From an uncultured Bdellovibrionales bacterium (GTDB lineage: Bacteria > Bdellovibrionota > Bdellovibrionia > Bdellovibrionales > UBA1609): a stretch of 64,000 nt of DNA. The notes beneath the pieces are model-generated. The model was not told the origin of the DNA. It was given only the letters and a program-made list of their open reading frames with translations, and ran no database searches. Positions 63,876 to 64,000 of this stretch are shown here, one piece after another (the first letter of the stretch is position 1; each line of letters begins with the position of its first letter). The position numbers were made by a program, and so were the translations under genes. Location of the stretch: NCBI GenBank assembly GCA_903833275.1, contig CAILEP010000006.1, positions 259,652-323,651 of the forward strand, written 5' to 3'.

Positions 63876-64000
63876 ATGAGTTTTGCTGAAGTCATTATTT
63901 TTATTTTATTAGGCATAGGCGTTTTTTATATTTTGTCTCCATTGCAAAAACGTCTCGAAGCTTATTTTTATAGACTCTTTCGCGGGCAGCGCGGTCGTTC
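63876..64000 (+). CDS. hypothetical membrane protein, N-terminal fragment
   Basis: ATG at 63876 reads MSFAEVIIFILLGIGVFYILSPLQKRLE... and stays open to the window end. Confidence 0.3.
   Translation, partial: MSFAEVIIFILLGIGVFYILSPLQKRLEAYFYRLFRGQRGR

Noticed and set aside
1-64000. CRISPR arrays, tRNA/rRNA genes, transposases/integrases, prophage or toxin-antitoxin/defence modules
   Set aside because: I saw no direct-repeat/spacer periodicity, no cloverleaf-like or rRNA-like segments in the noncoding gaps, and no ORFs with recombinase, nuclease-helicase or toxin motifs. The absence is based on visual inspection only.

Overview
This is a 64-kb chromosomal window from a flagellated Gram-negative bacterium. 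Four short (~275 aa) flagellins, csrA-fliW after flgKL, and mixed sigma-54/sigma-28 flagellar promoters suggest a delta-proteobacterial-type or Bdellovibrionota-like lineage, but that is inference only. I support about 80 protein genes. By eye I found no rRNA, tRNA, CRISPR array, transposase, integrase or obvious defence genes. Layout: (1) 1-16.7 kb is housekeeping and envelope genes: ATP-grasp protein, peroxiredoxin, exonuclease III, SH3b protein, DksA-like protein, agmatinase-family enzyme, a peptide-type ABC importer without an ATPase, recA, L,D-transpeptidase, TonB-dependent receptor, GNAT, aspartate kinase, lytic transglycosylase. (2) 16.9-27.1 kb is flagellar block I: a sigma-54 promoter, flgF-G-A-H-I, a FlgJ-like protein, flgM-N-K-L, csrA-fliW. 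(3) 27.2-34.6 kb holds prmA, rsmE, an RDD protein, heptose-1-P adenylyltransferase, beta-barrel and low-complexity envelope proteins, and meaB. (4) 35.2-43.7 kb is flagellar block II: four flagellin paralogs separated by unusually long noncoding spacers with sigma-28 promoters, then flaG-fliD-fliS. (5) 43.8-52.7 kb is the most interesting part. A near-consensus sigma-54 promoter drives a tightly overlapping operon: TPR protein, Maf-N-terminal-like protein, two paralogous GT9 (heptosyltransferase-fold) enzymes with long helical C-terminal extensions, two unknown ORFs, a sensor kinase, a CheY-like receiver and a degenerate PilZ-like protein. I read this as a candidate uncharacterised flagellin or sheath glycosylation (heptosylation) module. 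(6) 52.7-64 kb holds rsmD, coaD, an aminotransferase, unknowns, ssb, pal-ybgF, tsaD, rsmA, smpB, an 11-mer-repeat lipoprotein and a methyltransferase. Start codons were refined by eye from RBS context. All family calls rest on motif recognition, not on database searches.
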